A stretch of DNA of 64,000 nucleotides from an uncultured bacterium (GTDB lineage Bacteria > Desulfobacterota > DSM-4660 > Desulfatiglandales > CALKZT01). Shown here in pieces: positions 18,685-27,771 of the stretch. Both the position numbers and the translations under genes were made by a program. The first letter of the stretch is position 1. Every line of letters starts with the position of its first letter. The stretch is from the NCBI GenBank assembly GCA_938002815.1, contig CALKZT010000027.1, positions 6,492-70,491 of the forward strand, given 5' to 3'. Under the pieces are notes generated by a model. The model had not been told where the DNA came from, searched no databases, and worked only from the letters and a program-made list of their open reading frames with translations.

Positions 18685-20618
18685 AGAGGGAGATATACCT
18701 TAAGATGAGGCCGTTACAGGAGGCGAAGGATTTATGGTTTGAGAGGTTTCCAAAGATAAGGAGATCGGCTCCAGAAAGGATTTCGGTATTTTCGGCCAGG
18801 GGAAGGGTCACTGCGAGCCCTGTATTTGCAAGGTGGTCCTATCCCACTTTCCACTCCGCTGCCATGGACGGTATAGCCACAAAGGCTGAACTCACCTATG
18901 GTGCCTCTGAGAGGAATCCCAAGTATCTCCTCCTGGGAAAAGAGGCCCAGTGGATCAATACGGGGCAGCCCCTGCCATTGGAATATGACTGTGTAATAAT
19001 GGTGGAAAAGCTCCATCAATTGGACGAGACCCGAATAGAAATTAGAGCACCTGCCTATCCGTGGCAACACATAAGAAAGATAGGAGAAGACATAGTCTCC
19101 TCTGAGATGATACTCCCCGTAGATCATATGATCACCCCCTATGATATGGGGGTATTGGTTGCCACAGGAGTAAGGGAATTAGAGGTATGGAAGAGACCTA
19201 AGGTATTTATAGTTCCCACAGGCAATGAGCTTGTATCTCTCCATATGGAAGAGGGCCCAAAACCCCCTCCCCCACCCAAGGTCGTGGAATCCAATTCAGT
19301 GCTACTAAAGGCCCTTGTAGAGGAGGCGTTCTCCGAGGGGGTGATAACGCCCATAGTGGAAGATGACCTTGAGGCCCTAAAAGGGGCAATATTGGCCTCA
19401 ATAGAGGGGGGTGCAGACCTGGTAATGGTAAATGCAGGCTCCTCTGCCGGCTCCAAGGACTTTACTGCCCAGGCCATAAGAGAACTTGGCCAGGTACTCA
19501 TACACGGGGTTGCCATGATGCCAGGGAAACCCACAGTCTTGGGTGTGGTTGGTGGGATCCCGGTGGTGGGAAACCCCGGTTACCCCGTGTCTGCGGTTCT
19601 CAGTTTCAGAGAGTTCGTAAGGCCCTTACTCTTGTCACTCCAGGGCATTGAAGCATCAGATCCTCCCAGGACAAAGGTAAGGTTGACCCGGCCCATAAGC
19701 TCCAAGGCAGGGATTGATGAGTTTGTGCGGGTAAGCATAGGGAGGGTAAAGGATGAGGAGCTGGTAGCTATTCCACTCCCCAGGGCAGCAGGCTCCCTTG
19801 TGAGCCTCCAGAGGGCAGAAGGAATTATAAGGGTTCCAAAGGAGCTTGAGGGTCTGGACCAGGATGAGGTAGTGGATTCTGAGCTTTTAGTAAGTCCAGA
19901 GGTCTTAAAGAAGACCTTGGTGATCATAGGCAGCCACGACATGACCATAGACCTCATAAGGGATGAGATGAAAAGACAGGGGATGGACCTAAGGCTTATC
20001 TCTTCCAATGTGGGGAGCTTAGGTGGGCTCTTGGCACTCAAAAGGGGCCACTGTCATATTGCAGGTAGCCATCTTTTGGATCCTGAGACGGGGGAATACA
20101 ACAGGAGCTATGTGGCCAGATATCTAAAAAATGTGCCTGTAGCCGTCTTTCATCTGGTAAAGAGGATACAGGGTTTTATTGTGACCAAAGGGAACCCCAA
20201 GGAGATAAAGGGGATAAAAGACCTTACGAGGCCTGATGTAAAGTTTGTAAATAGGCAGGCAGGCTCAGGGACAAGGCTCCTTTTGGACTACATCCTGAAA
20301 AGAGAAGGGATAGACCCAAGGGAGATATCTGGCTATGACCACGAAGAATATACCCACATGGCAGTGGCTGTGGATATAAAGAGCGGATTGGCAGACTGCG
20401 GGCTGGGGATCCTGGCATCTGCTCAGGCCCTGGATCTGGATTTCATACCCCTCGCCAGTGAGCAATATGACCTGGTGATCCCCAAGTCTTTTTTGGGAGA
20501 AGAGCTGATCCAGGCATTTCTAAGGGTCATCAGGGGTGATGAATTTAGGAGAAGGGCCCATAACCTGGGAGGGTATGATCCCTCTATGGCAGGAGAACTC
20601 TTCTTCGAAATGGATTAG
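18681..20618 (+). CDS. MoeA-family protein fused to a C-terminal periplasmic-binding-protein-like (molybdate/tungstate-binding type) domain
   Basis: The N-terminal 410 aa are MoeA-like (SAAMDGIA, VPTGNEL, VNAGSSAGSKD, MMPGKP). The C-terminal 230 aa (IIGSHDMTIDL...NRQAGSGTRLLLD) is PBP-like. ATGA overlap with moeA. Confidence 0.8.
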   Translation: MKREIYLKMRPLQEAKDLWFERFPKIRRSAPERISVFSARGRVTASPVFARWSYPTFHSAAMDGIATKAELTYGASERNPKYLLLGKEAQWINTGQPLPLEYDCVIMVEKLHQLDETRIEIRAPAYPWQHIRKIGEDIVSSEMILPVDHMITPYDMGVLVATGVRELEVWKRPKVFIVPTGNELVSLHMEEGPKPPPPPKVVESNSVLLKALVEEAFSEGVITPIVEDDLEALKGAILASIEGGADLVMVNAGSSAGSKDFTAQAIRELGQVLIHGVAMMPGKPTVLGVVGGIPVVGNPGYPVSAVLSFREFVRPLLLSLQGIEASDPPRTKVRLTRPISSKAGIDEFVRVSIGRVKDEELVAIPLPRAAGSLVSLQRAEGIIRVPKELEGLDQDEVVDSELLVSPEVLKKTLVIIGSHDMTIDLIRDEMKRQGMDLRLISSNVGSLGGLLALKRGHCHIAGSHLLDPETGEYNRSYVARYLKNVPVAVFHLVKRIQGFIVTKGNPKEIKGIKDLTRPDVKFVNRQAGSGTRLLLDYILKREGIDPREISGYDHEEYTHMAVAVDIKSGLADCGLGILASAQALDLDFIPLASEQYDLVIPKSFLGEELIQAFLRVIRGDEFRRRAHNLGGYDPSMAGELFFEMD

Positions 20619-20625
20619 AACTGGC

Positions 20626-20970
20626 ATGCTGGAGCTTAAAACAAAACACTGGATACAAGACTCCAAGGGCAGGATGGTGATGGGGGAAGGTAGGATGAAG
20701 ATGTTGAAATCTGTCAAGGAGACGGGCTCTCTCACCACCACCGCAAAGGAACTGGGCATGTCTTATAGGGCCTTATGGGGAAAGTTAAAGGCAACAGAAT
20801 CGGCACTGGGAGTGCCCCTTTTGGATAGCACAAAGGCAAAAGGAAGCCTCTTGACCCCCATAGCAGAAGAGCTCCTAAGCAGATACGAAGAATTCTTGAT
20901 GCGATGCAGGGTCTTAGAAGAGAGGCTCTTTAAGGAGATCTTTGGGAATCTCCTCTCTCAAGGCCGGTGA
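20626..20970 (+). CDS. ModE N-terminal-like winged-helix regulator
   Basis: GEGRMKMLKSVKETGSLTTTAKELGMSYRALWGKLKATE matches the ModE/LysR-type HTH N-domain. Start moved to ATG 20626, just after the upstream stop (20618). Confidence 0.65.
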   Translation: MLELKTKHWIQDSKGRMVMGEGRMKMLKSVKETGSLTTTAKELGMSYRALWGKLKATESALGVPLLDSTKAKGSLLTPIAEELLSRYEEFLMRCRVLEERLFKEIFGNLLSQGR

Positions 20971-21445
20971 GCTCCAAGACAAACCTGGTTATGGACTCTA
21001 TGTCCCTGGGATCAAAGATTGGCACATCCACATTCAAGGCCCTTGTACTTACTATGGCCTTGAGATTAGGATCCCCTAAACAGAGGGGCAGATCACCCTC
21101 TGAGCTGGGATTGAAGACCTCTATCTTGGGAAGGGGGAGCCTCTTAAATCCCTCCACCAACACCAGATCAACCCCTTCCATATACCCCATCAGCTCAAAG
21201 GGGCTCATATCCTTTCCCGTGTCTTTAAGGATGCCAATCATGTCCGGGCCAGAGACAATGGACACCTTAGCCCCTGCTACTTTATGTAGGGAGCTGTCTT
21301 TCCCTTTAAAAAACTGAAAACCATGAGGTGCGTGTTTTATGGCCCCCACCTTGAAACCCAGCTCTCTCAGTCTTGATATGATAGAGGCCATAAGGGTTGT
21401 CTTCCCGCTGTTGGAGCTACCCACAAAGAGGATTAGAGGTTTCAA
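20930..21445 (-). CDS. mobB: molybdopterin-guanine dinucleotide biosynthesis adapter protein
   Basis: P-loop VGSSNSGKTTL, ...IKHA and ...VLVEGFK are typical of MobB. 171 aa. Confidence 0.85.
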   Translation of the reverse strand: MKPLILFVGSSNSGKTTLMASIISRLRELGFKVGAIKHAPHGFQFFKGKDSSLHKVAGAKVSIVSGPDMIGILKDTGKDMSPFELMGYMEGVDLVLVEGFKRLPLPKIEVFNPSSEGDLPLCLGDPNLKAIVSTRALNVDVPIFDPRDIESITRFVLELTGLERGDSQRSP

Positions 21446-21548
21446 CTTTCTGTCTCCTATGACATATTATGTTGTGATGATTAATATAGGCAGAAAAGAG
21501 GACTGTCAACTTAAAGGGATCTCTGGGGGATCTTATACGGGGTGAAAA

Positions 21549-22514
21549 ATGGTCAATTATCTGAGACTGTCTGTGACGGATAGATGCAATCTTAGATGTA
21601 TCTACTGTGTACCGAGAGAGGGCCTTCCACTTGTAGACCACTCCCAGATCCTCACCTACGAGGAGATGCTAAGGCTTGTACGTATTGGGGTCCAGATGGG
21701 GATTAAGAAGGTGAGGATCACAGGAGGGGAACCCCTCCTCAGAAAGGGTATAGTCTGGTTTATAGGCGAACTCAATTCCATAGAAGGGCTTGAAAAGATA
21801 ACCCTTACCACAAACGGAGTTTACCTACCCGAGATGGCAAGGCCCCTCAAAGAGGCAGGCCTCAAAGGGATAAATATCAGCCTGGACTCTTTGGACCCCA
21901 GGCTGTTTAAGCATATCACTGGCATGGACTGCCAAGAGAGGGTCATCCGGGGCATCGAGGCCTGTCAGGAGGCAGGGATTCACCCCATAAAACTCAATTC
22001 GGTTGTAATAAGGGGTATAAATGACAAGGAGGTAACCCAGCTGGCCTCCCTCACCTTTGAGAGGGACTGGCACGTAAGATTTATAGAATTCATGCCGGTG
22101 AGCAACGGGATATTCTGGTCGAGGGAGAGGGTGGTTGGACACAAGGAGATATTGGAAAGGCTCTCCTCTGAATTTGGCCCCTTGGAAGAGCTACCCCATG
22201 AGAATCTGGGGGGCCCCGCAAGGTGCTTTAGGTTACGTGGCGCCAAGGGAATCGTTGGCCTCATAAGTCCGGTAACCCACAATTTTTGTGAAAGTTGCAA
22301 TAGGATCAGGATAACGGCACGGGGTGGGCTTAAGACCTGCCTCTTTTCCGCCTCAGAGATACCCATTATCCAGCTACTCAGATCGGGGCTCTCCGACCAC
22401 GAGATAAGATCCGTGCTGGAAGAGGCCATTAGGGAGAAAAAAAGGGCCAAAAAAGAAGCCGCCACCCATAGTATAAGGATTTCCAGTGATTATATGTCCC
22501 AGATAGGAGGCTGA
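21549..22514 (+). CDS. moaA: GTP 3',8-cyclase (radical SAM, Moco biosynthesis)
   Basis: NYLRLSVTDRCNLRCIYC radical-SAM cluster motif, C-terminal CxxCNRIRIT motif and GG terminus. Confidence 0.92.
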   Translation: MVNYLRLSVTDRCNLRCIYCVPREGLPLVDHSQILTYEEMLRLVRIGVQMGIKKVRITGGEPLLRKGIVWFIGELNSIEGLEKITLTTNGVYLPEMARPLKEAGLKGINISLDSLDPRLFKHITGMDCQERVIRGIEACQEAGIHPIKLNSVVIRGINDKEVTQLASLTFERDWHVRFIEFMPVSNGIFWSRERVVGHKEILERLSSEFGPLEELPHENLGGPARCFRLRGAKGIVGLISPVTHNFCESCNRIRITARGGLKTCLFSASEIPIIQLLRSGLSDHEIRSVLEEAIREKKRAKKEAATHSIRISSDYMSQIGG

Positions 22515-23006
22515 TCAGTCCAGATCCAGTGGTGTTTTGCACTTGTTGCACCTCATTACCCCCCTAAAGACCTCGTTTCCACATGAGGGGCAATGGTACC
22601 TGACCTCCTCCTCTTCAAAACATTTTTCTGTACCATGTTCTCTCCAATAGGGTACCACCCTCATTATTACCTTCTTGCCTACGCTCATTGGAAAGTTTTG
22701 GATATAAAGGCATGGCCAATCACTACATTGGTGGCACCCCTCTAATCCCTTTTGGAGCACACAGTTTCTGATATCACAGATCTTACAGTAGACAAAGACA
22801 TCGTCAGACATACAGCCTTTGCAGTGTATATCATTTAGAGTGAGGGCTTCACTCCCCGGAAGCCTACCTTTATCAGGAGTATTCCCCTGGTAGAGGGCTA
22901 CAAGCTTTTCCTTGAGCCTACTGTTGTTGTCCCTGTCTGCGATATAGATAGCACACACCTTACAATAAAGCCCACAGGGCCCAATCATCTCTTTAGGGAT
23001 CACCAT
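22515..23006 (-). CDS. DUF3795-type Cys-rich protein
   Basis: Cys-rich pattern CGLYCKVCAIY...CKGC...CKICDIRNC...CHQCSDWPC is typical of DUF3795 proteins (recalled). Confidence 0.55.
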   Translation of the reverse strand: MVIPKEMIGPCGLYCKVCAIYIADRDNNSRLKEKLVALYQGNTPDKGRLPGSEALTLNDIHCKGCMSDDVFVYCKICDIRNCVLQKGLEGCHQCSDWPCLYIQNFPMSVGKKVIMRVVPYWREHGTEKCFEEEEVRYHCPSCGNEVFRGVMRCNKCKTPLDLD

Positions 23007-23193
23007 ATATCCTCCTTTTACCGTCTCTTCTATGGAGCCTAACCCTTTCTTTTCACATTTACAATAGAATTTAGCATGGCTTTAGGGGTTATTTAAGAAT
23101 CCTCTAAATAGGGACCCCAAAATGGGTTTAAGAACCAGGAAGGCCAATAGCTAATCCGTGCAGTGGAGTTTTGGGCAGTCCACAAGAAAGGTA

Positions 23194-23222
23194 TTGACAC
23201 TGGGTACGAAGGGATATTATTA
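23194..23222 (+). promoter_or_regulatory. candidate sigma70-type promoter for the tRNA pair
   Basis: TTGACA (23194-23199), then a 15-17 nt spacer, then TATTAT/TTATTA (23215-23222). It ends about 10 nt before the tRNA-Arg 5' end. Confidence 0.45.
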
Positions 23223-23232
23223 ATAGGCCAAT

Positions 23233-23306
23233 GCGCCTGTAGCTCAGTTGGATAGAGCGCCGGGCTTCGAACCCGTAGGTCGCAGGTTCGAGTCCTGCCG
23301 GGCGCG
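23233..23306 (+). tRNA. tRNA-Arg (anticodon TCG)
   Basis: Hand-folded cloverleaf: acceptor GCGCCTG/CGGGCGC, D-arm GCTC-AGTTGGATA-GAGC, anticodon loop CTTCGAA, T-arm GCAGG-TTCGAGT-CCTGC. No encoded CCA. Confidence 0.9.
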
Positions 23307-23318
23307 TTTGAAAGTTTA

Positions 23319-23394
23319 GGGCCAGTAGCTCAGTAGGTAGAGCAGTTGACTCTTAATCAATTGGTCGGGGGTTCGAATCCTCCCTGGCCCACCA
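23319..23394 (+). tRNA. tRNA-Lys (anticodon CTT)
   Basis: Acceptor GGGCCAG/CTGGCCC, anticodon stem GTTGA/TCAAT with loop CTCTTAA, T-arm GGGGG-TTCGAAT-CCTCC. CCA is encoded. Confidence 0.9.
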
Positions 23395-23450
23395 ATAAAA
23401 TCAGGATAAACCCCAACCCATTTAGAGAAGAAGCTGGGTTTCCAAAGTTG

Positions 23451-25661
23451 TCAGGGACACGGCCCTGCCTCTTTTTCGAGCTCCCCTTTTAGCCACAAGA
23501 ATAGTTCGTGGCTTAATAATCCCTCGATCTGAAGTGGCAACTTTTTTTGCCAGTTTGGATATTCGGAGACGGTACCGGGGAAATTTTTTTGATCCAATTC
23601 CCCTATGAGGTCCTCAAAGGCAAACATTGTGATCTTTGAAGGGGATTTTATGAGATATTTATGGAATGCCTTTATGAGGAGGTCTGAAAAATTATCTAAG
23701 AGCTCCTCATCATCTATTTCTCTTGAAATCAGCTCTAACTCCTTTAAAAGGGCTATGAGTCCTTTTTTGTCCAAAAGGCGTGCTTCTAAGTGCTTCACTT
23801 TTGCGATATCTGTTTCAAAAAGACCGAGCCTCTCTCTAACTTCTATGTCTCGACCTGTCCAGAAACCTTTGAGAGTTGGGAGATCATGGGTCGTTATAGT
23901 AGATACAGAAAATGGCTTTATCTCCTCTGGTCTCTTGTATCTCCATCCTTCTTTCTCAAATATCAACACACTGGAAGAAAGGATCTTTTTCTCCTCCATC
24001 GCTATTCTTATCTCCTCAGGGACAGTTCCTAAATCCTCACCTACCACCACACATTTGTTCCTATGGCTTTCTAAGCAGAGGATCCCCAAGAGTTCCTCCA
24101 TTGGGTATCTTACATAAGCCCCATCCTTAGGCATTTTCCCCACTGGTATCCAAAAAAGCCTCCTTAGACCCATAATGTGGTCTATGCGCAGTATGTCTGC
24201 CAATTTCATATTAAATCTGATCGTCTCTATGAAGGGTTTGAAGTCGGAGGCTTGCAAAGCCATGGGATTTAGAGGGGGGAACCCCCAGTCCTGTCCCTTT
24301 GGATTAAATTCATCGGGAGGGGCTCCTATACTAATTCCACCGACGAAGAGGTCTTTATAATACCAGGGTTCAAAACCAGAGCCGTTTACCCCCACAGGGA
24401 AATCCAGATATACCAGCTTTCCCAACTCGTTTAGTTGGCCTTTTGTCATTCTGAATGCCCTTTCCGTCATCCAGAAGAGAAACTGGTAATACTGAAGGCG
24501 ATCTCCGTTCTTCTCTGCCCATTCCTTTACATCATGGGAAAAGGGATCCCTAAAGGCCATCGGCCACTGATGCCAGGAATAGTATCCTTTTTCTTTCACG
24601 AACATCTCATTGAGGGCAAGGAAGGTGGAAAAGTATCTTAAAAGTTCCCCTCTCTCCTTTTGATAAACCCAAAACTCCTGGCTTAGAGGTGTACCATTAT
24701 GGAGATGGCTTGCCTTAAAATCTCCATACAAGGCCTCAAAGAGAGCCTTCTTAAAGGCCCAGATCTCTTCGTATCTTACAAACTCAGAGTGATAGTCTCC
24801 ATCCCCTTTTGGGGGGCCCATCATATCCCGAACCCTTGCCACGGCCTCCTTCCCCAATTGGAGAAGATCTCCTATGCCCACATAAATGGGATTCAAAAAG
24901 AGCCTACTACAGGGGCTATAGGGGCTTATCATCTTGGGATCATGGGGAAAGAGGGCATTCAGTGGGCTCATCCCCAAAATGGTCAGGCAAGATCCTTTCA
25001 GGCCTTCCCCAAAGGACCTTAAGTCCCCAAAGTCTCCGACCCCTAAATTTGTTTGACTCCTTATGGAATAGAGCTGCAAATTGATGCCATAGACCTTTCT
25101 TTCGGACAATAGCCACTCAGGGACGTAGCAGGTTGTTGGAGCGTTAATCAAAAGTTTCCTAATATGCTTCCCCTTATAATTCAAATTGATGAAATGGTAT
25201 CCGTATTCAAGATCCCTTGAGATTGAAACATTGGCAAGATAATGCTTACAAGGATATGAGGCCTCTTTTTGGTTTAGCTCGCCTGCCCTAAAAGATCCCT
25301 CCATACAATTACCAGACTCTGTTTCCAAAAGCCATTCCACTTCACCTTCTAAGGGATGGCCTGAAAGAATCTGAAAGAAAGGTTTATCCCCCTCTTTAAG
25401 GAGAAGACTATTGACAGTGAGGTCGGGTAAAAAAATAGATCCAGTCCCAGCTCCCTGGGCCTCAACCCTTTCAACCTTTTCCGAAATCTGATCTAGGATG
25501 ACTCTTAGGGTTTCAATCGGGACATTTCGTTCATCTCCCCAGATGTCATAAAAGGTTGGCTCGATTCCAAAGCTTGTGCAAAGCTCTTTGATTCTGTCCT
25601 CTTGCCTGTCCATCCTCTTTAGATGAATTATATACCCAAAGGTCAACCTATGTCCAGGCAT
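23451..25661 (-). CDS. malQ: 4-alpha-glucanotransferase (amylomaltase, GH77) with N-terminal extension
   Basis: GH77 motifs LRIDHIMGLRRLFWIP, VVGEDLGTVP and TTHDLPTL. 736-aa ORF; an internal start such as MDRQ at codon 17 is possible. Confidence 0.85.
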   Translation of the reverse strand: MPGHRLTFGYIIHLKRMDRQEDRIKELCTSFGIEPTFYDIWGDERNVPIETLRVILDQISEKVERVEAQGAGTGSIFLPDLTVNSLLLKEGDKPFFQILSGHPLEGEVEWLLETESGNCMEGSFRAGELNQKEASYPCKHYLANVSISRDLEYGYHFINLNYKGKHIRKLLINAPTTCYVPEWLLSERKVYGINLQLYSIRSQTNLGVGDFGDLRSFGEGLKGSCLTILGMSPLNALFPHDPKMISPYSPCSRLFLNPIYVGIGDLLQLGKEAVARVRDMMGPPKGDGDYHSEFVRYEEIWAFKKALFEALYGDFKASHLHNGTPLSQEFWVYQKERGELLRYFSTFLALNEMFVKEKGYYSWHQWPMAFRDPFSHDVKEWAEKNGDRLQYYQFLFWMTERAFRMTKGQLNELGKLVYLDFPVGVNGSGFEPWYYKDLFVGGISIGAPPDEFNPKGQDWGFPPLNPMALQASDFKPFIETIRFNMKLADILRIDHIMGLRRLFWIPVGKMPKDGAYVRYPMEELLGILCLESHRNKCVVVGEDLGTVPEEIRIAMEEKKILSSSVLIFEKEGWRYKRPEEIKPFSVSTITTHDLPTLKGFWTGRDIEVRERLGLFETDIAKVKHLEARLLDKKGLIALLKELELISREIDDEELLDNFSDLLIKAFHKYLIKSPSKITMFAFEDLIGELDQKNFPGTVSEYPNWQKKLPLQIEGLLSHELFLWLKGELEKEAGPCP

Positions 25662-25753
25662 TCTGGGATATTCCCATTAATGGAGATGAAGAGAGATCTA
25701 TAAATGAAAGATCGAGTATCTTGAGAGAAAAATGTCCCCAAGCTTATATCCAC

Positions 25754-25896
25754 CCCCATAGATTTAACAGTTGTGGGTTATAGGTTCTGCTCAGGGCAAA
25801 GGCAAGTTACCCACTAGACGTCCACGGGAATCTCAATACCGGATTCGAGTCCTATAGGGGAGGTAGTTTTATCATCTGCGGGGCTACCTCTTTTTT
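25754..25896 (+). ncRNA. candidate structured RNA (unknown class) ending in an intrinsic terminator
   Basis: A putative promoter TTGAGA-N17-TTATAT (25721-25749) lies upstream. Closing helix CCCCATAG (25754-61) pairs with CTATAGGGG (25852-60, one bulge). Inner hairpins are GTGGGT/ACCCAC (25773-78 / 25809-14) and GAATC/GATTC (25828-32 / 25842-46). Then GAGGTAG...CTACCTC + TTTTTT (25860-25896). No ORF is present. Confidence 0.3.
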
Positions 25897-26298
25897 ATAA
25901 CCGAAAAGAGAGGGCCTAATTGCTCTTTTCCCTTCCGCCTAATATGGTCACCGTCTTTTTCTGAAATCATTTTAGGAAGCTATGGCTGAATCCAGATACA
26001 CTAAGGCCTTCCCATCACAGTTTTCTATGTGATAGAGGGAGCTTTGAACCAGATATTAGGGAGTTGTGTTGGTATAGATCTTAAAATAACCGGCATCTAT
26101 TAGAAGGCCTCTGAGAGGCTTGACTTCGTAGCGTTTATGGGTAATTGTCCAAATGCTCGTAGTCTCATTGAAGCAAGGAGGGCCCTCTTCCTAAAAAAGG
26201 AGGGCTCCTTTAAAAAGGGAAAAAATGGAGACTAATATCCTCTCTGAGCAGGAGGCTGGTAGCAAAATCCTTATAGGAGGTTGAAACAGGGATAGAAG

Positions 26299-27771
26299 AT
26301 GTTGAGCGATATGAAAGATAGTCCCTTATACAAGATAGCAAATCCCAATAGCATTGCACTCTTTGGGGCCTCCTCTGATCCTTCTTCCATGGGTTCGGTC
26401 CAGTTGGCCGCCCTAATGGACTTGGGATTCAAAGGCAAGATCTATCCTGTCCATCCAAGGGATAAGGTCATAATGGGCCTTAAGGCTTACAAAAATATAG
26501 CGGAGGTGCCCGAGAGACCTGATCTGGCACTTATCGTGGTCCCTACCGGGATCGTAAAAGAGATACTCTCCTCCTGTGGAGAGGCAGGAGTGAGACATGC
26601 CATAGTGGTGAGTGGGGGCTTTAAGGAGATGGGGAAGGAAGGTGCCGTCCTGGAGGAGGAGGTGAAGGAGACTGCCAAGAGGTATGGGATTAGGTTTTTG
26701 GGTCCCAATTGTATAGGGGTTGCAAACCCCCATGCAAAATTGAACACCACTCTGTTTAGATACGGTGCAGAGGCAGGTTCCTTGGGCATGGCCTCCCAGA
26801 GCGGAAGCTTCGTGACCCAAATGTTTGATTACCTCCACATCTTTAACATGGGCTTTAGCACCGCCTTTAGTGTGGGGAACGAGGCAGATATAGATATCGT
26901 GGATTGCCTTGAATACCTTGCACTCTGCCCCAATACAAAGGTGATAGCCCTCTACTTAGAGGGGATAAAAAGGGGGAGACGGTTTCTAAAGGTGGCAAGG
27001 GAGGTCTCCTTAAGAAAACCCATAGTGGCCTATTACGTGGGGGGTACAGAAACGGGTAAGAGGGCAGGGATAGGGCACACAGGGGCCATGGCAGGTCCTG
27101 AAATCCTCTACGATTCTGCCTTCAGACAATCGGGGGTAGTAAAGGCAAATAGCGTGACCGAGCTATTTCACATATGCTGGGCCTTTCAAAACCTTCCTCT
27201 TCCTTCAGGCAAGAGGGTCGTGGTCCAAACCCACTCAGGGGGGCCAGGTGCGGCAGCTGCAGACGCCTGCGGTAGGGCAGGCCTGGATATGCCAGAGATC
27301 AGTCATGGTCTTGTGACAAGGCTCAAAGAACACCTGCCCAGTACGGCTAATGTGAATAACCCTGTGGATGTCACTTTCTCTAAGGACATGATGGCTTACT
27401 ACACACAACTCCCTCAGCTCATCTTGGAGAATGAGGACGTGGACATACTCTTCTATTACTCCTTTCTACCACAGGAACGAATAAGGTCCGTCCTGAAACA
27501 GATGAAGGTAGAAGAGGAGAAAATGGATGCAATGGCAATGGAGGTGGTTGAAGGCCTCACAGAATCTCTGCGAACGACCATAGATAGGACTAAAAAGCCC
27601 ATCATGTGTTTTAGCTTCAGAGATCTCAGGGAGCCTTACCTGGCCTCCCTAATAAGGAAAAAGATCCCTGTCTTTACGGATCCACTCTTGGGGGCCAAGG
27701 CCATCAGGGCCCTCTGGGAGTACAGGGTCTGGAAAGAAAAGAGGGTGAAAGGAGAGAGAGATGAGAAGTGA
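26299..27771 (+). CDS. CoA-binding / succinyl-CoA-ligase-alpha-like protein (alpha-type module of ADP-forming acyl-CoA synthetases, no ATP-grasp domain)
   Basis: N-terminal CoA-binding Rossmann (IALFGAS...KIYPVHP) and ligase-CoA segments (RFLGPNCIG, SQSGSF, GHTGA with the presumed phosphohistidine). 490 aa. Confidence 0.65.
   Translation: MLSDMKDSPLYKIANPNSIALFGASSDPSSMGSVQLAALMDLGFKGKIYPVHPRDKVIMGLKAYKNIAEVPERPDLALIVVPTGIVKEILSSCGEAGVRHAIVVSGGFKEMGKEGAVLEEEVKETAKRYGIRFLGPNCIGVANPHAKLNTTLFRYGAEAGSLGMASQSGSFVTQMFDYLHIFNMGFSTAFSVGNEADIDIVDCLEYLALCPNTKVIALYLEGIKRGRRFLKVAREVSLRKPIVAYYVGGTETGKRAGIGHTGAMAGPEILYDSAFRQSGVVKANSVTELFHICWAFQNLPLPSGKRVVVQTHSGGPGAAAADACGRAGLDMPEISHGLVTRLKEHLPSTANVNNPVDVTFSKDMMAYYTQLPQLILENEDVDILFYYSFLPQERIRSVLKQMKVEEEKMDAMAMEVVEGLTESLRTTIDRTKKPIMCFSFRDLREPYLASLIRKKIPVFTDPLLGAKAIRALWEYRVWKEKRVKGERDEK

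Noticed and set aside
21446-21548. Possible Moco riboswitch in the mobB/moaA divergent intergenic region.
   Set aside because: Only ~100 nt are available, and most of that is taken by an ATGACA-N17-TAATAT promoter-like element. Only a 4-bp GATC hairpin is visible, which is too short and unstructured for the ~130-nt Moco motif.
25790-25815. CTCAGGGCAAAGGCAAG, which resembles conserved stretches of glycine riboswitches (CTCAGGCAAAAGGAC) or GEMM-I (GGGCAAAC).
   Set aside because: The other conserved elements (GGAGAG...CACCGAAGGGGCAA for glycine; ACGCAAAGCC and the tetraloop-receptor partner for GEMM-I) are not present. The downstream genes also do not fit, so there is too little evidence for a class assignment.
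25828-25860. T-loop-like GGATTCGAGTCC, which suggested a tRNA, tmRNA 3' end or tRNA fragment.
   Set aside because: The flanks cannot form a 5-bp T-stem (CCGGA versus CCTAT). There is no acceptor stem or CCA context and no tmRNA tag-reading-frame features. It is kept only as part of the unclassified structured-RNA candidate.
26225-26284. 19-codon uORF (METNILSEQEAGSKILIGG) just upstream of the CoA-binding/ilvD operon, considered as a possible ilv-type leader peptide.
   Set aside because: It is not enriched enough in Ile/Leu/Val codon runs. No attenuator terminator follows it, and its RBS is weak.
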